A stretch of 63,518 nt of DNA from Candidatus Thorarchaeota archaeon (GTDB taxonomy: Archaea > Asgardarchaeota > Thorarchaeia > Thorarchaeales > Thorarchaeaceae). Shown one piece after another: positions 18,503 to 28,578 of the stretch. Made by a program: the position numbers and the translations under genes. The stretch covers positions 1-63,518 of the forward strand of contig DXJO01000013.1 of assembly GCA_019057475.1 (NCBI GenBank). The letters run 5' to 3'. Positions within the stretch are counted from its first letter, which is position 1, and every line of letters starts with the position of its first letter. The notes under the pieces are model-generated. The model worked only from the letters and a program-made list of their open reading frames with translations, did not search any database and was not told the DNA's origin.

Positions 18503-21500
18503 TCACTCAACCCCAAAGAATTCGGCAGCGTCGAATTCCTCATCCTCTTTCTTCTGACGTTGTTTCTCCTCCTTACTCTTGTCCTTGAACCTTGTTGACT
18601 TGCCCTTTCCTCTGCGTGGGAAGATCTCGTCACCCCGGCGGTACTTATGGTAGTAGTATAGAACCACAACTCCGATGACAACGCCGGCACCTAGTAGAAT
18701 TATCAATAGCGGGGAGCTACGGACTAGCATAAAATCAGCGAGTGTGATTGAGAGCGTGTCATAGCCAGCCTTTCTTGCATCAATCCTAAGGCTGTGGATT
18801 CCAACCTTTCCAGTGGTCCATTCTTCAGTGAGAATAACTGTGTATATTCCCTCGCCTTCATCAACGGCTGCAACTTCCGTTTCATTGAGGGTAGCAAGAA
18901 CATTTGCAGCTGCGATTCCATTCCCAAGTTGATCTGTCAATTGAAGGGTAATGATAACGCGGTCACCCTCCCAGATTATCTGCTGGTTTTTCTGAATGTT
19001 TCTAAGCAATATTGAGGGCGCGTCGGCCCATGATACTGCATTCTGGATTGTAGCATTGCGTTCTGCGTCAGTAGGTGTTGTTGTTGTCAGAGCAATTTTG
19101 CCAGTTCCCAGAGCTGCAGCCACGATTACGGGATTCGTGCCATCAGTTGCAAGGATGGAAAGATTCGACCATGTTGACGAGAAGTGACCTTGATAGTCAA
19201 CTGTAGACGCAAGGGCATTTGGTATCGTAAGAAGGGGATGTGCCGGGTCCATGATGGTGACGGATGTGCCACTCCCAGAGCTGTCATACGAAACGGGCCA
19301 TGGCAACCAACTAAGGTCACCAGATACACCGAGGACCACGAAGATACCGCCGTCCGTCACATAGCTCTTAAGTCTGTCACTGCTTGCGTTCAGATTAGAG
19401 CTTAGAGAGCTCAGGGAGCCCGGCTCTAACAGTACTGCATGCCTCATTGAGAGCAGTATCTCAAAATCGCTGTAGTTTGAAGTCGAGTAGTAATCATGAG
19501 ATATCCCCAACCCGCTTAGAGTGTCAGGCAAGTATCCCGACGTCCCCAAAGCTGCGACCTCAGCTACCCCTCGACCAGGTGTATGTCCTCCAAAGGAACT
19601 TGTCAACGGGTCTGCTGAAGGTACGTGCGGTGAGGCGGTCGGTTCGTATAGGTATATCTCGGGGTCTCCAAACAACACGTGTTGATTTGCGTAGTCGATC
19701 GGATCTGTTTCAAGTGGGTCAGAGTAATCGAATGAGTAAGTAGTTATCGCATAACTCAGGGCTGCTCCAGTGGAGTTTCCTGTAACAAGTGAGTCAGTCA
19801 CAAGTTTGCATATCATGCCAGCAGGCTGGAAGTATACCGTTCTTGGAGAGGCCATCACGCCAACAGCTCCATGTTCCATCAGCATCTGGGGAAATCTTGA
19901 ACCTCCAAGAAGACAGGCAGTTACAATCACAATTGGAGACCCTATGTTGTCCACTGCACCCTCGAGGTCCGTTGTTGTCTTCAACACGTGGTAGGGAGCA
20001 TCATCAAACAGAACGGGGTTCACAATTTCGTCAGCATTGGAGTCAGCCATACCCTCCTGTTCCATTCCATATGGTGAGTCCTCTGATCTCATTGAAAAGA
20101 CACCAATGCCTCCTGGTCGTTGGGGTGGGTCTGTAGGCAGCTCGGTCAGAGTGCCGTGCGTGCTCAGAGACCAGAGGGCCACTTGAGAGTCGAGGGCTTC
20201 GAATACCTCTTCAAAGCCAATGTGACTTTCAACCTGATATCCAGCACCCTGAAACGCAGTCAATGAATCCGTGTATTGGTGAAGCGAATGGGGATGCCCG
20301 AAGTTGTCTCCATGGGTGTAACCATCGGTATAGGCGTACATGCTCAACAGGACTGTGTCAGCGGAGTCAGCAGATAGGTACAGGAATCGGTGGAGTGCCC
20401 CTCGAGCGATCATCACTGAGGCCATCGCAGGATTTTCTGCAGGAATCCGCCCAGGAGAGAAATGGCTCTGTAAAGACCTGTCAAAGCTAATCTTGAGTAA
20501 GTCAACAGGAGCCACTATTACAACTGATTGACTGGACGTAGCGTTGTACGCTCCGCGATCATCAAGGAAGTTTTCGAAGTCCGTCACGGACTTCGTCATG
20601 GAGTACTTGTTGGGGATTCGTTCATCATACCAGCCATTCTCGGCTCGTGCAGTGAAGGTGTCCGTGACGTATACCTCGATTTCAGGGCCAATGAGGTATG
20701 GTGCCCATGTTTCCTCCGCTCGTGTGGTCAACGAATTGTCTGTTCCGCAGAGGGATAGGATAGGAGCACCATGAAACGCTGCAGAGAATGTAGCAGGCGC
20801 AAAGAACTCGCTGCCGTCTCCAGTAGGCACACTAATCACAACATCATTCTGACCGGACTCATTTCGTATCATGTTCGTTAACATCGGGTAGTTGTCAACG
20901 TTAACGGAAGTGCTGTAGTCGTCAAGCTCGTTCTCAAGAGATGTAGAGTGAATATTGGCAGGATCCACAAGTATGCAAGTATTGACTCCCAACCTCTCAG
21001 CTGCCCATGTTGTCACCTCTGGGATAGAGTCAGCATCCACATAGAGTAGGGGCGCGTTCAGAAGAGACGCAAGCACGGCTCCGTTGGCTGCAGACTCGAG
21101 ATAATCTTGAAGTTCAGAGGGCATGACTGAAACATCCCAGCTGACATCCACATTGTTCTGTTCCTCGACCGCGTCTATCCAAGATACCAAAATAGTCCAG
21201 TCGCCAGCCATCGGATAGGGAAAGTTCACTGATTCACCAAGGCCTGCCAGCACACTTTCTGTGGGAGACCATTGAGCCAATCTGCCGTCTGGATCTATGA
21301 GCACCAGATTGAGATTCGTTCCAGCATTGTCCCAGGTGATGCTGACATTCAGCCACTTTGCACCGTTTGGAACAGTCACACTCTGTGTAAACCCTGGATG
21401 ATAGCTGACCTCAAACTCAAGGGGAATCGTTCCCGAAACAAAGGGTGGCGGGTGGATAATCATCTCCCACTCCCCATCCATTGTCTTCGGCACCCAGAAG

Positions 21501-22324
21501 TTAAGGGGTATACCAACAAGGCGCTCGTGATAGACCCGAAACCTGGCAGAGTAGTCCACGGTGTTGCCGTCCGGATCCCGAATAGAATGGGTGAATATCT
21601 CCGCACTGGTCCAATTGCACGAACCCTCTAGCCATCCCGCACTGGATGGTGGTGAGAAAGGAATGCTTACGGGGTCGGTTGAAGTTACTTCAGAATCAAT
21701 CGTTTCCAGTTCTGTCTTCAAGTTTTGAAATGTATAGGATGCTTCGTCGGATGTTATGAGAAGTGCTCCGAAATTCTCGTCAGCAAGAGCGAAGACTGCA
21801 ATCGGTGACGACGACCATTCTGCAACTGCCAGCTGTGCCGCCACATCTGCTGATGTTGCACCAGAGAACCTAGGGAATACTTTAGTTCCGATGAGAGACT
21901 GAATCTCCAAGATAGAAGAATCTGTGAAATCACCAACGCTGATGGCTTGAGTCATGCCCCCATCTCCGTTCAGATACTCGATCCAGTCCTCAACTAGCCA
22001 GGTTTCGGCATCAGACCCATCTCTAAGAATTAACGGTGAGATGTATCGAGTACCAGTATCTACGTCCGTAAACACGGATGTGGGCACTGCCGCGATGTAT
22101 GAGAAATCATCCAAATAGGAATCTGGATCATTCGCCACAAAGCCAATCCTGCGTAGCGGAACCGGAGCAGATTCGTTTTGCGCAAGCTCAAATGGGGCTA
22201 CCAAGGCCGGAGGCGACACCCTCAGCTCTTGTTGCACTGACGCATGATTTGGAAACAAAGCGATAGGGGCAAAGAGCAATGCGATTGCAATGGAAATCAT
22301 GATTGGCTTGCTGAAAGACGTCAT
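18503..22324 (-). CDS. Large membrane-anchored surface protein with a gingipain/C25-like (clan CD) peptidase domain
   Basis: Signal peptide, two PPC-like beta domains, STHG...TACLLG...HVLFGDP, GATase-like and Ig-like segments, C-terminal TM plus charged tail. Confidence 0.7.
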   Translation of the reverse strand: MTSFSKPIMISIAIALLFAPIALFPNHASVQQELRVSPPALVAPFELAQNESAPVPLRRIGFVANDPDSYLDDFSYIAAVPTSVFTDVDTGTRYISPLILRDGSDAETWLVEDWIEYLNGDGGMTQAISVGDFTDSSILEIQSLIGTKVFPRFSGATSADVAAQLAVAEWSSSPIAVFALADENFGALLITSDEASYTFQNLKTELETIDSEVTSTDPVSIPFSPPSSAGWLEGSCNWTSAEIFTHSIRDPDGNTVDYSARFRVYHERLVGIPLNFWVPKTMDGEWEMIIHPPPFVSGTIPLEFEVSYHPGFTQSVTVPNGAKWLNVSITWDNAGTNLNLVLIDPDGRLAQWSPTESVLAGLGESVNFPYPMAGDWTILVSWIDAVEEQNNVDVSWDVSVMPSELQDYLESAANGAVLASLLNAPLLYVDADSIPEVTTWAAERLGVNTCILVDPANIHSTSLENELDDYSTSVNVDNYPMLTNMIRNESGQNDVVISVPTGDGSEFFAPATFSAAFHGAPILSLCGTDNSLTTRAEETWAPYLIGPEIEVYVTDTFTARAENGWYDERIPNKYSMTKSVTDFENFLDDRGAYNATSSQSVVIVAPVDLLKISFDRSLQSHFSPGRIPAENPAMASVMIARGALHRFLYLSADSADTVLLSMYAYTDGYTHGDNFGHPHSLHQYTDSLTAFQGAGYQVESHIGFEEVFEALDSQVALWSLSTHGTLTELPTDPPQRPGGIGVFSMRSEDSPYGMEQEGMADSNADEIVNPVLFDDAPYHVLKTTTDLEGAVDNIGSPIVIVTACLLGGSRFPQMLMEHGAVGVMASPRTVYFQPAGMICKLVTDSLVTGNSTGAALSYAITTYSFDYSDPLETDPIDYANQHVLFGDPEIYLYEPTASPHVPSADPLTSSFGGHTPGRGVAEVAALGTSGYLPDTLSGLGISHDYYSTSNYSDFEILLSMRHAVLLEPGSLSSLSSNLNASSDRLKSYVTDGGIFVVLGVSGDLSWLPWPVSYDSSGSGTSVTIMDPAHPLLTIPNALASTVDYQGHFSSTWSNLSILATDGTNPVIVAAALGTGKIALTTTTPTDAERNATIQNAVSWADAPSILLRNIQKNQQIIWEGDRVIITLQLTDQLGNGIAAANVLATLNETEVAAVDEGEGIYTVILTEEWTTGKVGIHSLRIDARKAGYDTLSITLADFMLVRSSPLLIILLGAGVVIGVVVLYYYHKYRRGDEIFPRRGKGKSTRFKDKSKEEKQRQKKEDEEFDAAEFFGVE

Positions 22325-22430
22325 TCATGAGCAACTCCGATTATGGACTTGAGATAGAGCCTGCGGGGGTGCAAATAGAGTTTTCTTGGTGGAACGCTTC
22401 GTATTCTGACTCACACAGGACTCATGTTAC

Positions 22431-23294
22431 TTAGTCCAGATCGGGCACATCAAGCAGGTCATCATCATCAGGGGCCTCGTCGGTTTCCTCAGGAAGAGCG
22501 TCCTTGATGTCATCGATGACGCGTCGAAGTCGCCGGCGAGTAGCCTTCGGTACGTCCCACATCTTCGCCTCAGCCCGCTCCACTACCTCACGTGCAATAT
22601 CAAATATCTCAGATTCCATGTAGCATTGAGCTGCGTTAACAAAATGCTCTGCGGCTTTTTTTTGGTTGTTCTTCAGCTCCGCGATATCACCTAACAATGA
22701 ATGAGCAGTACCTATCCCCGTTTTATCATCGAGGTCCTTGTAGAGCTTGAGAGCCTTTGCAAATGTTTTTGCGGCTGCCTCTAGGTCCTCTTTATCAGCC
22801 TGTGCAGTGCCGATGTCCATTAGCGTAACTGCGACAGCTTGGTCATTACCAATGGTCTTGTATACACGCTGAGCTTTCTTGAAGTAGTTCATTGCATCGT
22901 CGAAGTTGCCCAACCCAAGACGAGCAAGTGCAAGTCCGTACATCGCATCAGCAGTTCCGTCTTTATTGTCGGCTTTCTCAAAAATCTTCATGGATGCTTC
23001 GCATGCCTTTACAGCCGCGTCCCATTGCTCAAGGTTGATCTGAGCAACGCCAAGATTGTACATGGCATCGGCTGTTCCACTCTCATCCTTGAGACCTTGA
23101 TAGAGCTCCAAAGACCGCTCGAAGCTTTGAGCAGCTTCTTGAAACTCAGTTACTGACATGTAGATATTGCCAGCCGTATTGAATATCTTCGCAGCTTCCA
23201 ACTCATCGCCTTTGTCAAGTGCTGTAGCAGCTTGCTCTAGGAGTTCTGCAGGACCTATGATATCAGAGGAGAGTTCGTTGCTCAATAACCTCAC
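22431..23294 (-). CDS. Tetratricopeptide repeat protein
   Basis: ~40-aa repeats (ADAMYNLG, ADAMYGLA, AVTLMDIG, GTAHSLLG); acidic tail. Confidence 0.88.
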   Translation of the reverse strand: MRLLSNELSSDIIGPAELLEQAATALDKGDELEAAKIFNTAGNIYMSVTEFQEAAQSFERSLELYQGLKDESGTADAMYNLGVAQINLEQWDAAVKACEASMKIFEKADNKDGTADAMYGLALARLGLGNFDDAMNYFKKAQRVYKTIGNDQAVAVTLMDIGTAQADKEDLEAAAKTFAKALKLYKDLDDKTGIGTAHSLLGDIAELKNNQKKAAEHFVNAAQCYMESEIFDIAREVVERAEAKMWDVPKATRRRLRRVIDDIKDALPEETDEAPDDDDLLDVPDLD

Positions 23295-23345
23295 CGATTG
23301 AGTTGATGGCGGTTCAACGCGCTTTTGATTCTTTCTCCCTGACCG

Positions 23346-24047
23346 TCAGCGCTTCATTATCAAGACGGGGTTCTCAAGCAGAGGACGTATCGGTTCTTTC
23401 ACGGTGAAGCTCTCGTCACCCATAGCCACCTCAAGTAACTTTCTCAGCTCGAATCTCCGCAGGTAGCCCACTGCCTCCTCGCGGGGTAGGTTCAAGTCCT
23501 TCATCAACTTCTTCAGACCGCTCTTTTTGCCGCTGTGATCAGCGAAAGTGGAAAAGACTGTGCTCCATTGCATCATGCTGAGGTATAGCAGTGTTCTTAG
23601 CATACTGTCTACGTTTTTGCCAGTCTTAGCTGAAATTGGAATCACCGGAAGACCTGCTAGGAATCTCATCTTCTTACGCAGCTGAGTGACTCGTCGAGCC
23701 GCTTTTAGATCCTGTTTGTTAGCAGCAACAACACAAGGAACACCTGGAAGGAAAAACGCTATCTCTCTGAAGAAGAGCTTGGCACGTGCATCAGATTCAG
23801 GATCAACAGAGTCAACAACGAATATGATGCCATCAGCTCCCTCGCTCAGGATCTTCCTCATTGTTCTAAATCGTAGGAGTCCAGGTGTGCCAAACAAGAA
23901 GACATTGAGTCCATCAACATTTGCAAGGCCATGGTCCATGGCAATGGTTGTGCCTCTTCGTTCTATGTTAATGCAGGAACCATCAGTGATGTGATGTATG
24001 ATCTGGCTCTTGCCTGACCCATATGGCCCTGTAACTACAATCTTCAT
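23346..24047 (-). CDS. Small GTPase (MglA/CvnD-type) with C-terminal winged-helix-like segment
   Basis: GPYGSGKS, TTIAMDHG, LFGTPGLLRF, NKQD, SAK. Confidence 0.88.
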   Translation of the reverse strand: MKIVVTGPYGSGKSQIIHHITDGSCINIERRGTTIAMDHGLANVDGLNVFLFGTPGLLRFRTMRKILSEGADGIIFVVDSVDPESDARAKLFFREIAFFLPGVPCVVAANKQDLKAARRVTQLRKKMRFLAGLPVIPISAKTGKNVDSMLRTLLYLSMMQWSTVFSTFADHSGKKSGLKKLMKDLNLPREEAVGYLRRFELRKLLEVAMGDESFTVKEPIRPLLENPVLIMKR

Positions 24048-24235
24048 TCGCTATCACCCACACTCGACTCTCATTGCGTCAATTTCCAAGTAGCTGATTG
24101 CGTGTTAAATGATTTGCCGTACCTTACTCCCCTGTAGGCTCTTGGCACGCCATCGAAAGGAATGCCATCAGCGAAAATGCTATATCGGCAAGTGACGAAG
24201 TAATGTATGAGAATATAATTAGGGTGGAAGTACTG

Positions 24236-24400
24236 ATGGCAGAATCTAAGCAAATGCTAAAAGACGATTTCTGGCTTTTCCATGATATTGAGGAAGAAGA
24301 GTTCGCGGAGATTAGGAAGTTCATCGACCCCGACTTTGATCTCAGCTCTCTAAGAGGCATAAACAAGCTATTCGACAAGCTTAACCATCTCCTAGAATAA
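24236..24400 (+). CDS. Small acidic hypothetical protein
   Basis: MAESKQMLKDDFWLFHDIEEEEF...; AT-rich TATA-like element about 20 nt upstream. Confidence 0.5.
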   Translation: MAESKQMLKDDFWLFHDIEEEEFAEIRKFIDPDFDLSSLRGINKLFDKLNHLLE

Positions 24401-24505
24401 AAAGTCTAGACATCTACGGCGGACCAGGATAGAGCATAAGATGAGATGAGGCCGTCCGCTCGCGACGGCAATCCTCGACCATCAATCAGCTGTTTCAGAT
24501 GGTTC

Positions 24506-25549
24506 TCATGGGAACTCGGCCTCGATAAACTGAATACCCTTTGCCAACCGGACTTTGGGTGCGCCCTTCGGCTTCATAGCTTTGCCAACAGTCCAAGACG
24601 GAAGACCTGCACTACGAAGAATTCCGTGGAAGTCATCCGCAACATCTGGTTGCAGAAACACCAGCATGCCGCCAGCAGTTTCGGCACCCATACCTTCAGA
24701 GAGTCTGTGCTCAAAGAAGGTAGCAAGATCGAGTGTTCCCGGAATCACTGGCATTGTATCAATGACCACATCAACACCGCTCATAATGGCGACATTGCTT
24801 GCATGGCCCAAGAGTCCGAATCCGGTGATGTCCGTTGCGGCGTGAGTACCCACTCTGTTCATCGCCTGCGCCACTTCAAAATTGCTCTGGGTCATCACAC
24901 GTACTGCAGTATCCTGCATGCGAATGAGATCTGGCTCTTTGAACTCCGTGAGCAGCGCATCACGCTTCTCATCTTTGAGGTCGCGGTAGGACCTCATCGC
25001 TGGCTGGATCCCAAGTGGTTTTGTGAGTAAAACCACATCGCCAACCTTTGCGCCGCTTGAGTAGACGACGTTTCTGGGATGTGTTACTCCCAGACAGACT
25101 CCTCCGAAGACAGGCACTGGATTCATGATTGTCTGACCGCCCGACACCTTCGCGCCAATGCGATTCATGAAATCACTCATCCCCTTGAGCACCCCAACTA
25201 CAACCTTCTCGGGGAGTTCTTTGGGGTACGCTAGGAATGCTTGAAGCGAGAGGATGTCAGTTGCACCCATGGCGAAGATATCGTTAGTCGCGTTGCATGC
25301 GACTATCTCACCTTGAGTGTGGGGGTCGTCATGAATCGGTGTGAAGATATCAACATTCTCCACAACTGCGATGTCTTCACTGACAATCCGTACGACTGCA
25401 TCATCGCCGATATCTCCAGCGCACTCAGATCCAAGGTCGAGGAGATTAGCAGACTCTAGGAGATGGAACAAGTCATCCTTCTTGACTTTACAGCTTCAGC
25501 CGTGGGTAGTTACCATTGCAGTCAATCGCACTTCAGGCACCTGATACAT
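24506..25549 (-). CDS. selD: Selenide, water dikinase (selenophosphate synthetase), selenocysteine-containing
   Basis: AAGGAGGA + ATG 25549; reads MYQVPEVRLTAMVTTHG-UGA-SCK in frame with the track ORF 24506..25471; GDDA, NATNDIFAMG, TKPLG, ATDITGFGLLGH, ETAGG. Confidence 0.95.
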
Positions 25550-25678
25550 CAATCCTCCTTTCTTACTAGGCTGTGTAGCCTGCCCGTAGAACTAGCAAGT
25601 CCGTTAATAAAGCGTGGCGGTCATGATGTTTCACAAGCCTTATAGCGAATCAGAGAGGCCGTGCGATAAGAACCGGAT

Positions 25679-27133
25679 GTGGCACATTTGGAAATAAACA
25701 AGATAGCCGAGAATGTGTATGAAATTCCCAAGAGCACCCAATCATGTATGACAGTCCCGGTGAGAATCTATGCGTCTGATTCCTTAGTGAAGAAAATGAA
25801 ACAGGATAAGACGTTCGAACAGGGAGTGAATGTTGCATGTCTACCCGGAATCTACTCACACAGCACGATCCTTCCTGACGGTCACCAAGGGTATGGGTTC
25901 CCAATCGGGGGGGTAGCGGCTACGGACTACGAAAAGGGAGTGATATCACCAGGTGGTGTTGGTTACGATATCAACTGTGGTGTCAGGGTCCTAACAACCA
26001 ACCTGAACGAATCAGATGTACGACCGAAGCTGAGGAACCTAGTCGATTCTCTCTTCCGAAATGTGCCTACTGGAGTCGGCAGGTCCGGCAAGATTATGCT
26101 CGCTGGAAAAGCCGGCGTCGACAATGTGCTGAGTGGCGGTGCCAAATGGGCTGTAGATGAGGGTTACGGATGGGAAGAAGACCTAGAGCACACGGAGGCA
26201 GGAGGGCGCCTTGAACTCGCAGATCCAACCAAGGTGTCACCACACGCAAAAGAGAGAGGAAGGAAACAAGTTGGTACTCTGGGCTCGGGAAACCATTTCC
26301 TAGAGATTCAACTGGTGGATGAAATCTACGACGAGACGGCTGCAAAGGCCGTTGGTATAACTCGCAAGGGGCAAGTCACTGTGATGATTCACAGTGGATC
26401 CAGAGGTTTAGGTCACCAAGTCTGTGGTGACTACATCAAGACGATGACTCATGCCATGAGGAAGTACAACATCAATGTTCCAGACAGGGAGCTCTGTAGT
26501 GCACCAACAACCTCGCCCGAGGGACAAGCGTATTTGGGAGCCATGAGCGCTGCAGCCAACTACGCGTGGGCAAACAGACAAACCATGATGCATTGGACAC
26601 GAGAGGTCTTTTCAGAGATATTCCGCAAGTCCGCCGAGGACCTGGACATGCGCTTGGTCTATGACGTTGCACACAATATCGGCAAAGTTGAGGAACACGA
26701 TATCGAAGGAAAGAGGACGAAAGTCTTAGTCCACCGAAAAGGAGCGACTAGAGCATTCCCGCCCGGTCATCCAGAAACTCCAGCCAAGTACAAGAGCATT
26801 GGTCAACCCGTACTCATTCCGGGTACGATGGGCACAGCTTCATACATCCTTGTTGGAAACCAGATGGGAATGGAGCTTACCTTTGGCTCAACCGCCCATG
26901 GTGCTGGCCGCGTTATGAGCAGAAGCAGAGCCAAAAGGCAATTCTACGGCAGAGAAGTTCAAGACAAGCTCGCAAAGGAAGGTATCATAGTTAAGGCATC
27001 CAAGGGGATTGTGATTGCAGAAGAGGCCCCTGGTGCGTACAAGGATGTTGATGAAGTAGTGCGCGTATCAGACGCTTTGGGAATCGCCACCAAGGTAGTG
27101 AAACTACGCCCCATTGGTGTTATCAAGGGATAA
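25679..27133 (+). CDS. rtcB: tRNA-splicing ligase RtcB
   Basis: PDGHQGYGFPIGG, GYDINCG, GSGNHF, HSGSRG, HRKGAT, HGAGR, EEAPGAYK. Confidence 0.97.
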   Translation: MAHLEINKIAENVYEIPKSTQSCMTVPVRIYASDSLVKKMKQDKTFEQGVNVACLPGIYSHSTILPDGHQGYGFPIGGVAATDYEKGVISPGGVGYDINCGVRVLTTNLNESDVRPKLRNLVDSLFRNVPTGVGRSGKIMLAGKAGVDNVLSGGAKWAVDEGYGWEEDLEHTEAGGRLELADPTKVSPHAKERGRKQVGTLGSGNHFLEIQLVDEIYDETAAKAVGITRKGQVTVMIHSGSRGLGHQVCGDYIKTMTHAMRKYNINVPDRELCSAPTTSPEGQAYLGAMSAAANYAWANRQTMMHWTREVFSEIFRKSAEDLDMRLVYDVAHNIGKVEEHDIEGKRTKVLVHRKGATRAFPPGHPETPAKYKSIGQPVLIPGTMGTASYILVGNQMGMELTFGSTAHGAGRVMSRSRAKRQFYGREVQDKLAKEGIIVKASKGIVIAEEAPGAYKDVDEVVRVSDALGIATKVVKLRPIGVIKG

Positions 27134-28084
27134 GACACTATTTCGATCCCGTTGGGCCATCCCAGACACTACAAGCATCACGCCGAACAAGATTATTGCA
27201 AAGGCCACCAGGGTCATCTCAGGCGGCTGTTCACCGAGAACGAAATATCCCAGTATGGTGGCCCCTATAGGTTCACCCAGGACTACAGCAGAAACAATGT
27301 ATGCCGGGACTAGTGTAAGAAGATGGTTGTTCACTGAGTGTCCGAGAACGGTGGGGAATATCGCCAGGGCTATGAAGATGGCTATCTCGAAGGGGTCGAG
27401 AACAAGAATGTTAATTCCTAGAACCGCACAGAAGACAAGTGTAACAAGCGCAGCAGAGGAATAGACTACCGAGGTGTATACTGAGTTTGGCAGGCCCTTA
27501 GCGTACTTCCGACCGCCAATGAAATAGATTGCGAGAAAGACAGAACTCACAAGCGCCAGCGCGTTTCCCAGAAAGGCACCCGAGCCCTCAGCAACTAGAC
27601 TGTTCCAAGTCAGAAAGATAGCTCCCGCCACTGCAATTAGTATTCCCACCCATGACCTTCGCCTGAGAGACTCTCCAAGAATCACCGTGGATAGTATTGC
27701 GGTGGTGATGGGAGCTGTGTGCACTAGCATTACACTGGCTGCAATCGTGGTAAGTTTCAGTGAGGTAAACCAGGTGGAGAAATGTAGCGAGAGGATGAAT
27801 CCGATTAACACGAGCCACATCCAATTCTTTCTAAGCACAGGACCCCGGAACTCGGACAAATCGCCTTTCACAGCCCCAATCGAGGCCATCATAATAGCAC
27901 CGTAGAGAGTTCGCCAGAATGTGATAACAAGAGCATCTGAGGCACTCATCTTAATCAAAACACTAGCGCTAGAAACCATTGATATCGAGAGAAGCATCAG
28001 GAGGGTGACTCGCGTACGATCAACTGATTTTCTAGGAATACCTTGCATTGCTTCACATCGTATGCTTCTTTCGACATTCTGCAC
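27104..28084 (-). CDS. DMT/EamA family transporter
   Basis: About 10 TM in two EamA repeats; LHFSTW, LGEPIGA. True start probably slightly downstream. Confidence 0.88.
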   Translation of the reverse strand: MQNVERSIRCEAMQGIPRKSVDRTRVTLLMLLSISMVSSASVLIKMSASDALVITFWRTLYGAIMMASIGAVKGDLSEFRGPVLRKNWMWLVLIGFILSLHFSTWFTSLKLTTIAASVMLVHTAPITTAILSTVILGESLRRRSWVGILIAVAGAIFLTWNSLVAEGSGAFLGNALALVSSVFLAIYFIGGRKYAKGLPNSVYTSVVYSSAALVTLVFCAVLGINILVLDPFEIAIFIALAIFPTVLGHSVNNHLLTLVPAYIVSAVVLGEPIGATILGYFVLGEQPPEMTLVAFAIILFGVMLVVSGMAQRDRNSVLSLDNTNGA

Positions 28085-28544
28085 ATATCATCATGGCCCC
28101 AGTTTTTTCAACCACTTGAGAATTGCACGATGGACATTGTGCTACAATCATGTTTTCGAGAGCTCGCGTACGTAACACATTGGTAACTTCGCTCAAATCA
28201 CTGTACTCAAACAGAGCTGTCCCATCTGCACCTTTGACCATGAAGGAAAGAGGCCGTGCATCCTTGTGACGAAATAGGAGTATGGGTTTCTTGAGCTGGA
28301 TCGCTAGCATAATCTCCATTCCAACACCAAGTGATGCATGTGAAACCTCGGCTATGAGAAGGTCAGACTTAGAGATCTGATCAACATCGCGCCTGTAAAC
28401 GTGAGCTGGACCAACAGGAGGGAGGAACTGAGGAGCAAAGACGGCAGTCCCTTGCTTCTCAAGCGCATCAATCACTAGGTGATAGAAGTCATCCATTCGT
28501 AGCTCAGAGTTGATAATCGGTCCGGAGAGGTATACCTGAACCAT
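28053..28544 (-). CDS. Nucleoside 2'-deoxyribosyltransferase / dNMP N-glycosidase (Rcl-like) with C-terminal Zn ribbon
   Basis: VYLSGP, YRRD, SDLLIAEVSHASLGVGME; CPSC...CAEC; start at ATG 28544. Confidence 0.85.
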   Translation of the reverse strand: MVQVYLSGPIINSELRMDDFYHLVIDALEKQGTAVFAPQFLPPVGPAHVYRRDVDQISKSDLLIAEVSHASLGVGMEIMLAIQLKKPILLFRHKDARPLSFMVKGADGTALFEYSDLSEVTNVLRTRALENMIVAQCPSCNSQVVEKTGAMMICAECRKKHTM

Positions 28545-28578
28545 TCTAGTCACCAAGCAGAGAACTGAAGGAATGGAC

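Noticed and set aside
24130-24172. Fluoride or c-di-GMP riboswitch resemblance (GATGG...CCTAC; CCATCGAAAG)
   Set aside because: Spacing and the remaining conserved elements do not fit either consensus
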